From Candidatus Dormiibacterota bacterium (GTDB lineage Bacteria; Chloroflexota; Limnocylindria; P2-11E; CF-107): a stretch of DNA of 44,212 nucleotides. This document shows, in pieces, positions 8,611 through 17,045 of this stretch. A model generated the notes under the pieces. It had not been told where the DNA came from and searched no databases. It was given only the letters and a program-made list of their open reading frames with translations. The stretch spans positions 1-44,212 of the forward strand of contig DASQXO010000125.1 of the NCBI GenBank assembly GCA_035639655.1, given 5' to 3'. A program made the translations under genes and the position numbers. Each line of letters opens with the position of its first letter. Within the stretch, counting starts at the first letter, position 1.

Positions 8611-9681
8611 TCAGGCCTTGAGCAAGTCTCCCACCGAGAGATCCTTGGCCCGCCGCGGCGGCCGGACCTGGTCCCACGTGCACTGCCGCGGGTCCTTGTC
8701 CGGACGAAACCGCAGGAACCGCGTGCCGTGGCGGAAGCGCTCGCCCTCGAGCTTGTCGTAGCGCACCTCGCACACGAGGGTCGGCTTCACCTCGACCCAC
8801 TCGAGATCCTTCCCGGCGGACCACCGCGACATGCCGCCGGGCATCCTTCCCCAGCCCTCCTCGGGCGCGTACGTGAGGTGGCCGCGCTCGACGAGCGGCG
8901 GCAGGAGCTCCTGCAGCCTCTGCTGCAGCTGCGCGTCGATGCCCGAGGTGTGACCGACGAAGTCGAGGGTGCCGTCTTCGCGGTACAGGCCGAGGAGCAG
9001 CGCGCCGATCGCGCGCTTCCCGCCGGCGCGGTAGCCGACGATGACGCAGTCAGCCGTCTTGTGGCGCTTCACCTTCACGACGCCGTCGCGTGAGCCGGGT
9101 AGGTACGGCAGGCCGAGACGCTTGCAGACGACGCCGTCGAGGCCGGCTGATTCGAGCCGATTCAGCCACTCCTGTGCGACCTCGGCGTCGCGAGACTCAG
9201 GCGAGACGACGAATCGCTTCGCACGCGACACGAGCTCGGCGCGGCGCTGCTCGAGGGGAAGCTGATGGAGCGGGTGTCCTTCCCACAGCAAGACGTCGAA
9301 CGCGATGTACGTGGCCGGTATCTCCTTCGAGAGCTTTCGGATGCGGCTCTCGGCCGGATGCAGCCGGAGCTGCATCGAGTCGAAATCGAGCTTGCCGTCG
9401 ATCTGGATGACGATCTCGCCGTCGAGCGCGGAGTGCGGCGGCAGCATCTCGCCGAGCGGACGCAGCTCCGGGAAGTAGCGCAGCAGCGGGCGCCCATTGC
9501 GGCTCCAGAGCGCGAGGTCGCCGCCGTCGTTCTCCAGGACCCCGCGGAAGCCGTCCCACTTCGGCTCGTACTGCCACTTGCCCGGCTGGCGCGGCAGCTC
9601 TTCGACGAGCAGCGCCTCCATCGGCGGAAAGGGGACGTTCGGACCGGGCACGAGACCAGTGTGAACTGCTAACCGCCGCAT
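8611..9681 (-). CDS. ATP-dependent DNA ligase (stand-alone LigC/LigD-ligase-domain type)
   Basis: Motif I lysine in YEPKWDGFRG, plus GLDGVVCKR and VVKVKRHKTADCVIVGY. I chose the ATG at 9681; the ATG at 9621 is an alternative. The 443-aa track ORF has an Arg-rich extension that I reject. Confidence 0.85.
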   Translation of the reverse strand: MRRLAVHTGLVPGPNVPFPPMEALLVEELPRQPGKWQYEPKWDGFRGVLENDGGDLALWSRNGRPLLRYFPELRPLGEMLPPHSALDGEIVIQIDGKLDFDSMQLRLHPAESRIRKLSKEIPATYIAFDVLLWEGHPLHQLPLEQRRAELVSRAKRFVVSPESRDAEVAQEWLNRLESAGLDGVVCKRLGLPYLPGSRDGVVKVKRHKTADCVIVGYRAGGKRAIGALLLGLYREDGTLDFVGHTSGIDAQLQQRLQELLPPLVERGHLTYAPEEGWGRMPGGMSRWSAGKDLEWVEVKPTLVCEVRYDKLEGERFRHGTRFLRFRPDKDPRQCTWDQVRPPRRAKDLSVGDLLKA

Positions 9682-9686
9682 ACGAG

Positions 9687-10880
9687 TTGTCGGCAGAAAA
9701 CGCTGGCGACAGGCCTGTCGCGGCGGCGCATTCTTCGTCCGTGCGCAGGCTGTTCGTCGCCGTCGTGCTCCTGTCCGCATGTGCGCCAACGCCGTCGTCT
9801 CCAGCGACCGCGCCGCTACCGACCGCGGCCGTCGCCGGGATCGCCGAATTGCCGGCCGAGTCGCTCGTGCCCGAGCGCGATGGCCGCTTCGCGATCCCGC
9901 GCCCAACCGTCCGCACTGAACCGCCCGCTCCGACGCGGTCACCGAACGCGGCGCCGGTCCACTTCGGTCCGGATCCCGTCAAGGTCGTCGTGTCGCGCGG
10001 TCCGATCGCGACCTCGCCTGTGCCGGCCCTGCGCGATGGTGCCAGCGATTCGCTGATGGCGTCAGGCATGTTCGGCTGGGTCCAGATGTATCTCGAGAGC
10101 ATCGAGCGATTTTCGACGCCCGCGTCCGATTACGAGGTCCGCGAACAGACGCTCCAGCGTCTCATTGACGACCCGTACCGGACGATCGTCGAGGCGATGT
10201 ACTCGCCCGCGAGGGGCGAGCGGACGTTCACGCTCCGCGGCGTCAGCATCGAGCACACGTACCGCAACTGGTACGGCGCGGTCGAGTATCACGACATCCG
10301 TATCCGCTACGTAGAGGCACCCGGCGACGTCGACCGCGACGTGACGCTGCGAATCGCACAAGTGAACGGCAATGTCAAAGTCATCGATGCATTCGACACG
10401 AGTGCGCAGCGTTGGCTCATCGGGGAGGCCTCGCGCCACTCTGCACTCGCGCTCGAGGCCGAAGCGCCAACCGCCATCGAGCCTTACTTCGAAGCAGAGG
10501 TGTACCGCGGTGAGATGCCGCCGGCATGGCAGCGCGACGACACCCCGTTCATTCGGGAGCGCATGGCCGCGCTGAACCGGATCGACAGTGAGATGCGCGC
10601 GTCGGGTGTCGAGTGGCGAGGCTTCGAAGGACTGACCGCGCGGATAATCCGTTTCGATCCGATCTCATTCCTTGGGGACGGAATCGTCACCGTGCGCGTC
10701 ACGGGAACGTCGGTGGCAGCGGGGTCGACAGGGATCGCACGCACCGACGTCTCGCGAACGCTGCGTTTCCTGCGCATGAGCTCAGGGTCGTGGGCCGCCG
10801 TCGATGAGCAGCGAGCCGACGGCTCCTGGTTCTCGAGCGGCGATCTTGCGCTCGCTACCGTCACAGCGCCCCACGGCTGA
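9687..10880 (+). CDS. Hypothetical secreted protein / lipoprotein
   Basis: 397-aa ORF with high GC3. An alternative GTG at 9741 gives VRRLFVAVVLLSAC, a signal peptide plus lipobox-like cysteine. I recognise no domain. Confidence 0.55.
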   Translation: MSAENAGDRPVAAAHSSSVRRLFVAVVLLSACAPTPSSPATAPLPTAAVAGIAELPAESLVPERDGRFAIPRPTVRTEPPAPTRSPNAAPVHFGPDPVKVVVSRGPIATSPVPALRDGASDSLMASGMFGWVQMYLESIERFSTPASDYEVREQTLQRLIDDPYRTIVEAMYSPARGERTFTLRGVSIEHTYRNWYGAVEYHDIRIRYVEAPGDVDRDVTLRIAQVNGNVKVIDAFDTSAQRWLIGEASRHSALALEAEAPTAIEPYFEAEVYRGEMPPAWQRDDTPFIRERMAALNRIDSEMRASGVEWRGFEGLTARIIRFDPISFLGDGIVTVRVTGTSVAAGSTGIARTDVSRTLRFLRMSSGSWAAVDEQRADGSWFSSGDLALATVTAPHG

Positions 10881-10943
10881 TAGGGCGCAAGGCGGCGGTC
10901 GCCGTCACGTCAAGACGCCCCGAGGCGACGTAGGCTGATCGCG

Positions 10944-12017
10944 TTGAAGACTTACCGCATCGCGGTTGTCCCAGGCGATGGGATCGGGCCCGAGGTGACG
11001 GAAGCCGCGCTGCACGTGCTCGATGCGACGGAGCGCGCGTTCGGCTTCAACACCGAACGCGAGCGGTTCCCCTGGTCGGGCGCTCACTACCTCGCGACGC
11101 GCGAGCTGATGACTGACGCGGACCTCGGCCGGCTCCGGACGTTCGACGCGATCCTCTTCGGCGCGCTCGGCCATCCGGACGTGCCGCGCGGCCTGCTCGA
11201 GCGGAACGTCATCCTCGGTCTCCGCTTCGGGCTGGATCTCTACGTGAACCTTCGGCCGGTGCGCCTGTACGCCGAGCGGCTCACGCCCCTCCGGGGGAAG
11301 CGGCCGGAGGACATCGACATGCTCGTGATCCGCGAGAACACCGAAGACGTGTACGCGCAGGCCGGCGGCGTCGTGCACGAGGGGACACCGCACGAGGTCT
11401 CGATCGGCGAGATGGTGTTCACGCGCTCCGGCTGCGAGCGCGTGATCCGCTACGGGTTCGAGCGCGCTCGCGAACGTCGCCGAAGGCTCACGCTCGTGGA
11501 CAAGTCGAACGCGGTGCGGGCGCAGGAGATCTGGCGCCGCGTCTTCGACGACGTCGCCGCGTCGTACCCCGAGGTCGAGCGCGACGCGATGTACGTCGAC
11601 GCCGCGAGCATGTGGTTCGTCACGCATCCGGAGCGGTTCGACGTGATCGTCACCACGAACATGTTCGGCGACATCCTCACCGACCTCGGCGCCGCGCTCG
11701 CGGGCGGTCTCGGCGTCGCCGCATCCGGGAACATCCACCCCGGAAGGGTCTCGATGTTCGAGCCGATCCACGGCTCGGCGCCGAAGTACGCGGGCAAGGG
11801 CGTCGCCTCGCCCGTTGGCGCGATCGGCGCCCTGGCGATGCTCCTGCGCCACATCGGCGAGAAGACCGCCGGCGACGCGGTCGAGGACGCGCTCGCGCGC
11901 CTGCTCGCGGACGGCACGATCCCGGGCGTCGAGGCGGGAGCGAGTGGGACAATGGAGGTCGCGCATCGCGTTGCCGACGCGGTCGGCGCGCGACGCGAGG
12001 AGGCAGCGCGAAGATGA
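10944..12017 (+). CDS. Isocitrate/isopropylmalate dehydrogenase-family enzyme (3-IPM / tartrate / D-malate dehydrogenase-like)
   Basis: 357-aa ORF with a TTG start. Motifs: IAVVPGDGIGPEV, LYVNLRPVRLY, NMFGDILTDLGAAL and HGSAPKYAGKG. The N-terminus resembles TtuC/DmlA-type enzymes. Confidence 0.85.
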   Translation: MKTYRIAVVPGDGIGPEVTEAALHVLDATERAFGFNTERERFPWSGAHYLATRELMTDADLGRLRTFDAILFGALGHPDVPRGLLERNVILGLRFGLDLYVNLRPVRLYAERLTPLRGKRPEDIDMLVIRENTEDVYAQAGGVVHEGTPHEVSIGEMVFTRSGCERVIRYGFERARERRRRLTLVDKSNAVRAQEIWRRVFDDVAASYPEVERDAMYVDAASMWFVTHPERFDVIVTTNMFGDILTDLGAALAGGLGVAASGNIHPGRVSMFEPIHGSAPKYAGKGVASPVGAIGALAMLLRHIGEKTAGDAVEDALARLLADGTIPGVEAGASGTMEVAHRVADAVGARREEAARR

Positions 12018-13201
12018 GTCCCACGCCCGACGTCGTGATCCTCGGCGGCGCCCGAACCCCCTTCGGTACGTTCGGCGGCGCGCTGCGCGACGTCTCCGGC
12101 ACCGAGCTCGCCGTCGTCGCGGCGAAGGCCGCGCTCGATCGCAGCCATGTGGCGCCGGCGCAGATCGGCCACGTGATCATGGGCAACGTCCTGCAGACGA
12201 CCGGCGACGCGATCTACTTCGCGCGCCACGTCGGCCTGAAGGCCGGCATCCCGAAGGAGGTCCCCGCACTGACGGTGAACCGGCTGTGTGGCTCGGGCCT
12301 GCAGGCGATCCTCCTCGGCGCGAACGAGATCACGCTCGGCAACGCCGACTTCGTCCTCGCCGGCGGCGGCGAGAACATGAGCCTCGCGCCACACGTCATC
12401 CGCGGCGCCCGGTGGGGCCTGTCGCTCGGCGACCAGAAGCTCGAGGACTACCTCTGGGTCGCGCTCGTCGACTCGTACAACGGGCTCGGCATGGCGAACA
12501 CCGCCGAGAACCTCGGTCGGAAGTACGGCATCACCCGCGAGCAGGCGGACGAGTTCGCGTATCGCTCCCACATGCTCGCCTCGCAGGCGCGGGAATCGTG
12601 CCGCCTCTCCGAGGAGATCGTGCCCGTCGAGGTGAAGACGAAGAAGGGCGCGGCGATCGTCGACAAGGACGAGCACATCCGTCCCGATACGACGCTCGAG
12701 AAGCTCGCGACGCTCCAGGCGCGGTTCGAGAAGAACGGGACCGTCACCGCCGGCAACGCGAGCGGCATCAACGACGGCGCCGCGGCGCTCGTCCTCGCCG
12801 GGGCCGACGCCGCTCGGAGAGCCGGGCTCACACCGATCGCGCGCATCGTCTCCGGCGGCGTATGCGGCGTGGATCCGGACATCATGGGCATCGGGCCCGC
12901 GCCGTCCTCGCGTCAGGCGTTGCAGCGCGCGGGCCTGAAGGTGTCGGACATGGACCTCGTCGAGATCAACGAGGCGTTCGCGACGCAGTACCTCGCCGTG
13001 GAAAAGGATCTTGGTCTCGATCGCGAGCGCACGAACGTGAACGGCGGCGCCATCGCGCTCGGACATCCGCTCGGTGCCTCCGGCGCACGGCTCGCGCTGA
13101 CGCTCGTGACCGAGCTCGGCAGGCGTGGCAAGCGCTACGGACTGGCCTCGCTGTGCATCGGCGGTGGTCAGGGCATCGCGGCGATCTTCGAGCGGATCTA
13201 G
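12014..13201 (+). CDS. Acetyl-CoA C-acetyltransferase (thiolase II)
   Basis: ATG at 12014 overlaps the upstream stop as ATGA. Active-site blocks VNRLCGSGLQA, GHPLGASGARL and CIGGGQGIA. Confidence 0.92.
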   Translation: MSPTPDVVILGGARTPFGTFGGALRDVSGTELAVVAAKAALDRSHVAPAQIGHVIMGNVLQTTGDAIYFARHVGLKAGIPKEVPALTVNRLCGSGLQAILLGANEITLGNADFVLAGGGENMSLAPHVIRGARWGLSLGDQKLEDYLWVALVDSYNGLGMANTAENLGRKYGITREQADEFAYRSHMLASQARESCRLSEEIVPVEVKTKKGAAIVDKDEHIRPDTTLEKLATLQARFEKNGTVTAGNASGINDGAAALVLAGADAARRAGLTPIARIVSGGVCGVDPDIMGIGPAPSSRQALQRAGLKVSDMDLVEINEAFATQYLAVEKDLGLDRERTNVNGGAIALGHPLGASGARLALTLVTELGRRGKRYGLASLCIGGGQGIAAIFERI

Positions 13202-13295
13202 TCCGAGCCGTCCGCTCGCTTTCTCACCCGACCGGGGGTAATGAGGGCGGTACCGGCGGCCGATTGTTCCATTCGACGCTCACAAAAGACCATGA

Positions 13296-15404
13296 GTGTT
13301 CGCAATGGCTGCTGAACGCAGGATCACACCGCCGAATCGTGGGATGGAGAGCGACCGTGGTGCAGAGCTCGCGATGCTCATGAAGGCGGCCGAGTCCCTT
13401 CTCCTTGCCGCGACGCAAGAGCGAGAGGTCCTCGACGCCGCCATGGCGATCCTCGGAGAGCGCTTCGGCTACGGGACGCGCGCGATGCTGCTGTTCGATC
13501 AGCAGCGCGAGGAGCTCAGCGTCGCCACCGCCGCCGGCGTCGGCGTCGACCGGCCGGAGATGAAGAACTTCCGCACGCGCCTCGGCGAGGGACTCACCGG
13601 CACGAGCGCGCTCTATCGCCACATCGTGAACGTGCCCGACGTGCGGCGCGACTCCCGCTACCTGCGCGTCCTCCCCGAGACGGTCTCCGAGATCGACGTG
13701 CCGCTCGTCGCGCGCGACGACCTCCTCGGCGTCCTGACCGTGCAGAGCCCGGAGGTCGGGCACTTCAACGATCGCGACGAAGCGCTCCTCACCGCGTTCT
13801 CGCAGCTCGTCGCGCTCGCGCTCGTCAACGCGCGCGCGAATCAGTCGCGCCGCCGCGACATCGAGACGATCAGCCAGCGACTCTCCGAGCTGCAGGCCGT
13901 GCACGAGGTCGCCGAACGCGGCGCGTCGCTCGACCTCGAGGGAACGCTGCAGGCCGCGGTCGACGCGGTGCAGCGTCTGACCGGCGCCGACTCCACGGCG
14001 CTGTACGTGTGGCACGCCGAGGAGGATCAGCTCGAGCTCGCGGCGATCACCTTCGATCGGCGGCTCTACCCGAGCGATTACGAGTCGCGGCTCCGCTCGC
14101 TGAAGCCCCGTCTCGGCGAGGGCCTCGTCGGGTGGGTCGCGATGAACCGCCAGGCGCTGCTGCTGTCCGACGTCACCCGCGATCCGCGCATGGTGCAGCT
14201 TCCGGGCGTCCCGCTCGAGGCGCGCTCGGGCATCGTCGTGCCGATCCTCGCCGAGGACCGCCTGCTCGGCGTGCTCCGGGCGTGGAAGCTCGGCAGCGAG
14301 AGCTTCAGCCAGGATCACTACCGCTTCGTGCTGACGCTCGCGAGCCAGACCGCCCTCGCGCTGTCCGCGGCGGACGCGCACCGCGAGCAGACCGCGCGGA
14401 TCCGCCAGCTGGGCGCCCTCTACGAGACGAGCCTGCGGCTATCGCGCTCGACGACGATCGACGAGGTCCTCGACATCGTGCTGCGCGCCTCGGTGCAGAT
14501 GACGAGCGCGGAGCGCGGCGTCCTCTGGCGTCTCGAATCCGACGGCAGCTTCTCGCTCGCCGCGTTCCATGAGGTCCCGTCGGAGATCCTCCGCGAGCGC
14601 CCGGCCGACGTCCGCGACAGCGTCTCGGCGGACATCGTCGCGTCCGGACAGGCCGTCATCGTCGCCGACATCTGGCAGGACCCGCGCTGGACGTTCCGCG
14701 AGGTGCTGCCGATGGTGCGCAGCATGGCCGGCGTGCCCGTCCGCAGCGAGGGTGTGTTCTACGGCACGCTCGTCGTCGCGCACTCGCGCGTCAGCTTCTT
14801 CCGTCACGAGCACGTGCGGCACCTCGAGGTCCTCGCGGCGCAGGCGGCGACCACACTCGCGCGCGCGCAAGCGTTCGAGGAGGCGCACCGCCTCGCCATC
14901 ACCGACGAGCTGACCGGCTTCTACAACTCGCGCTACTTCACCGGCCGCGTGCAGCAAGAGGTCCAGCGCGCGGCGCGCTACGGCCACCCGCTGTCGCTCG
15001 TGATGATCGACAGCGACTCGCTGAAGAACGTGAACGACCGCTTCGGACACGACGAGGGCAATCGCTATCTCGTCGAGCTCGCGCAGATCATTCGCGAGAA
15101 GGTGCGCGCGACTGACATCGTCGCCCGCTTCGGCGGCGACGAGTTCCTCGTCCTCATGCCCGAGACCGAGCTCGCGGCCGCGGTGAGCACGGCCGATCGA
15201 ATACGAGTCGCGGCGGCGCGGGCCTTCGGTCCCGGAGCGCAGGAGCCGATCGAGGTGCACGTCTCGGGCGGCATCGCGTCGTATCCCGCGACCGCGCGTG
15301 ACCACGAGGAGCTCTTCCGCCAGGCCGACCACGCGCTCTACGTCGCGAAGCGACGTGGGAAAAACACCGTCGCGGCGGCGCCGATCACGAACAGCATCGA
15401 ATAG
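13296..15404 (+). CDS. Diguanylate cyclase with three N-terminal GAF domains
   Basis: C-terminal GGDEF domain (RFGGDEFLVL) with an RxxD I-site (RATD) five residues upstream. Three GAF-like repeats precede it. Start is uncertain (GTG 13296, ATG 13305 or ATG 13344). Confidence 0.85.
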   Translation: MFAMAAERRITPPNRGMESDRGAELAMLMKAAESLLLAATQEREVLDAAMAILGERFGYGTRAMLLFDQQREELSVATAAGVGVDRPEMKNFRTRLGEGLTGTSALYRHIVNVPDVRRDSRYLRVLPETVSEIDVPLVARDDLLGVLTVQSPEVGHFNDRDEALLTAFSQLVALALVNARANQSRRRDIETISQRLSELQAVHEVAERGASLDLEGTLQAAVDAVQRLTGADSTALYVWHAEEDQLELAAITFDRRLYPSDYESRLRSLKPRLGEGLVGWVAMNRQALLLSDVTRDPRMVQLPGVPLEARSGIVVPILAEDRLLGVLRAWKLGSESFSQDHYRFVLTLASQTALALSAADAHREQTARIRQLGALYETSLRLSRSTTIDEVLDIVLRASVQMTSAERGVLWRLESDGSFSLAAFHEVPSEILRERPADVRDSVSADIVASGQAVIVADIWQDPRWTFREVLPMVRSMAGVPVRSEGVFYGTLVVAHSRVSFFRHEHVRHLEVLAAQAATTLARAQAFEEAHRLAITDELTGFYNSRYFTGRVQQEVQRAARYGHPLSLVMIDSDSLKNVNDRFGHDEGNRYLVELAQIIREKVRATDIVARFGGDEFLVLMPETELAAAVSTADRIRVAAARAFGPGAQEPIEVHVSGGIASYPATARDHEELFRQADHALYVAKRRGKNTVAAAPITNSIE

Positions 15405-15489
15405 CGCGCTCCGCGACGACCGCGTGATCCTCGGCCTTCGCCCCGAAAGCGATCGGCGCGTCCGCGCGCACGCGGATAGAGTTTCGATC

Positions 15490-16650
15490 GTGGACTTCGA
15501 TCTCACTCCCGAGCAGGAGCAGATCCGGAAGCTCGCGAAGGACTTCGCCGACAAGGAGATCGCTCCCGGCGCGCGCGAGCGCGATCGCGCGGAGCGATTC
15601 CCCGCGGAGATCCTGGCGAAGATGGCGCCGCTCGGGCTCCTCGGCGGGCCCGTCCCCGAGCGGTACGGCGGCATGGGCATCGACTACATCAGCCACGCGC
15701 TCATCACCGAGGAGGTCGGACGGGCCGACTCCTCGGTCCGGACGACGCTCTCGGTGCAGATCTCGCTGGTCGAGCTGACGATCCTGAAGTTCGGATCGGA
15801 GAAGCAGAAGCAGTCATGGCTCCCGCGCCTCTGCCGCGGCGAGGTCATCGGCTGCTTCGGGCTCACCGAGCCGGCCTCGGGGAGCGACGCGGCCGCGCTC
15901 CAGACGACGGCCGTCCGCGACGGCGGCGACTGGATCATCAACGGTCGCAAGATGTGGATCTCGAACGGCGGCGTATCGCACCTCGCGGTCATCTTCGCGC
16001 GCACGGATGCGGGCGCGCCGAAGACGAAAGGCATCACCGCCTTCCTGCTGTCCCGCGAGCACCACCCGTACCGCAGCCCGTCGATCCACGGCAAGCTCGG
16101 GCTACGCTCCAGTGACACGAGCGAGCTCGTTTTCGAGGACCTGCGCGTCCCCGACTACATGCGTCTCGGCGAGCTCGGTCAGGGATTCCAGATCGCGATG
16201 ACGGCCCTCGACTCAGGCCGCTACTCCGTCGCCGCGGGCGCGGTCGGCGTCGCCCAGGCGTGCATCGACGCCTCGGTCGCGTACGCCGCCGAGCGGCAGA
16301 CCTTCGGCAAGCCGATCGCGGCGCACCAGCTGGTGCAGGAGATGATCGCGGACATGGTCGTGGAGACCGAGGCCGCACGCCTCCTCGTCTGGCGCGCGGG
16401 ACACCTGAAGAACAAGGGCCTCCCGAACACCCGCGAAACATCGATCGCGAAGCTGTACGCGGCGGAGGTCGCGCAGCGCTGCGCCGACATGGCGATCCAG
16501 ATCCACGGCGGGTACGGCTTCTCGGACGAGTTCCCCGTGGAGCGCTACTGGCGCGACGCGCGGGTGAATCGCCTCTACGAGGGCACGACCCAGATCCAGA
16601 AGCTCATCATCGGACGCGCCACGACCGGCATCGACGCGATCGCCGGATGA
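15490..16650 (+). CDS. Acyl-CoA dehydrogenase
   Basis: GTG 15490 gives VDFDLTPEQEQIRKLAKDFADKEIAP, a typical ACAD N-terminus. Also GCFGLTEPASGSDAA and YEGTTQIQKLIIGR. TAGAGT lies 7 nt upstream of the GTG. Confidence 0.9.
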   Translation: MDFDLTPEQEQIRKLAKDFADKEIAPGARERDRAERFPAEILAKMAPLGLLGGPVPERYGGMGIDYISHALITEEVGRADSSVRTTLSVQISLVELTILKFGSEKQKQSWLPRLCRGEVIGCFGLTEPASGSDAAALQTTAVRDGGDWIINGRKMWISNGGVSHLAVIFARTDAGAPKTKGITAFLLSREHHPYRSPSIHGKLGLRSSDTSELVFEDLRVPDYMRLGELGQGFQIAMTALDSGRYSVAAGAVGVAQACIDASVAYAAERQTFGKPIAAHQLVQEMIADMVVETEAARLLVWRAGHLKNKGLPNTRETSIAKLYAAEVAQRCADMAIQIHGGYGFSDEFPVERYWRDARVNRLYEGTTQIQKLIIGRATTGIDAIAG

Positions 16651-16949
16651 CCTGGGACGACGGCGCGGAGCGGCTGCTCGAGGCGCTCCTCCGCATGGTC
16701 CCCGGCACGTTCCGCTCGCTCGCGGAGGGCGCCGCGCGCGTCGAGGCCGAGGGTTTCGCCAGCGAGCGCGGCGCCGCCGCCGTGGAGACGGACGACGTCG
16801 TCCGCGGCTGGATCGAGACCACCCCGGCCGACCAGCGGAACGGGCTTGTGGCCGTGCTCGAGGAGCTCGGCGTCGATCCGGAGGCCTACGCCGACGAGCT
16901 CACCGCCGAGCCGGAGGAAGACGCGGGCGAGGGGCTCGAGGAGGAATGA
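16647..16949 (+). CDS. Small acidic protein, possibly PCP_red-like (BchB C-terminal domain-like)
   Basis: 100-aa ORF whose ATG overlaps the ACAD stop as ATGA. MTWDDGAERLLEALLRMVPGTFRSLAEGAARVEAEGFASERG resembles the W..eAe..L..iP.f.R...... A...G pattern. The tail is acidic. Confidence 0.5.
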   Translation: MTWDDGAERLLEALLRMVPGTFRSLAEGAARVEAEGFASERGAAAVETDDVVRGWIETTPADQRNGLVAVLEELGVDPEAYADELTAEPEEDAGEGLEEE

Positions 16950-17010
16950 GCGTTCGGCTTCCGTACGCATCCCTTGTCCACACCGACCCGGTTCATTTCG
17001 TGCTCACACC

Positions 17011-17045
17011 GGTCGGTTTTCCACCGTTTCGGGTCGGTTTTCCAC
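17011..17045. repeat. Two exact copies of GGTCGGTTTTCCAC, 21 nt apart (third, inverted partial copy at 16982-16990)
   Basis: The exact 14-mer occurs at 17011-17024 and 17032-17045. ACCGACCCG at 16982-16990 is the reverse complement of the CGGGTCGGT core. All lie in the 146-bp gap between two convergent genes. Confidence 0.7.
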
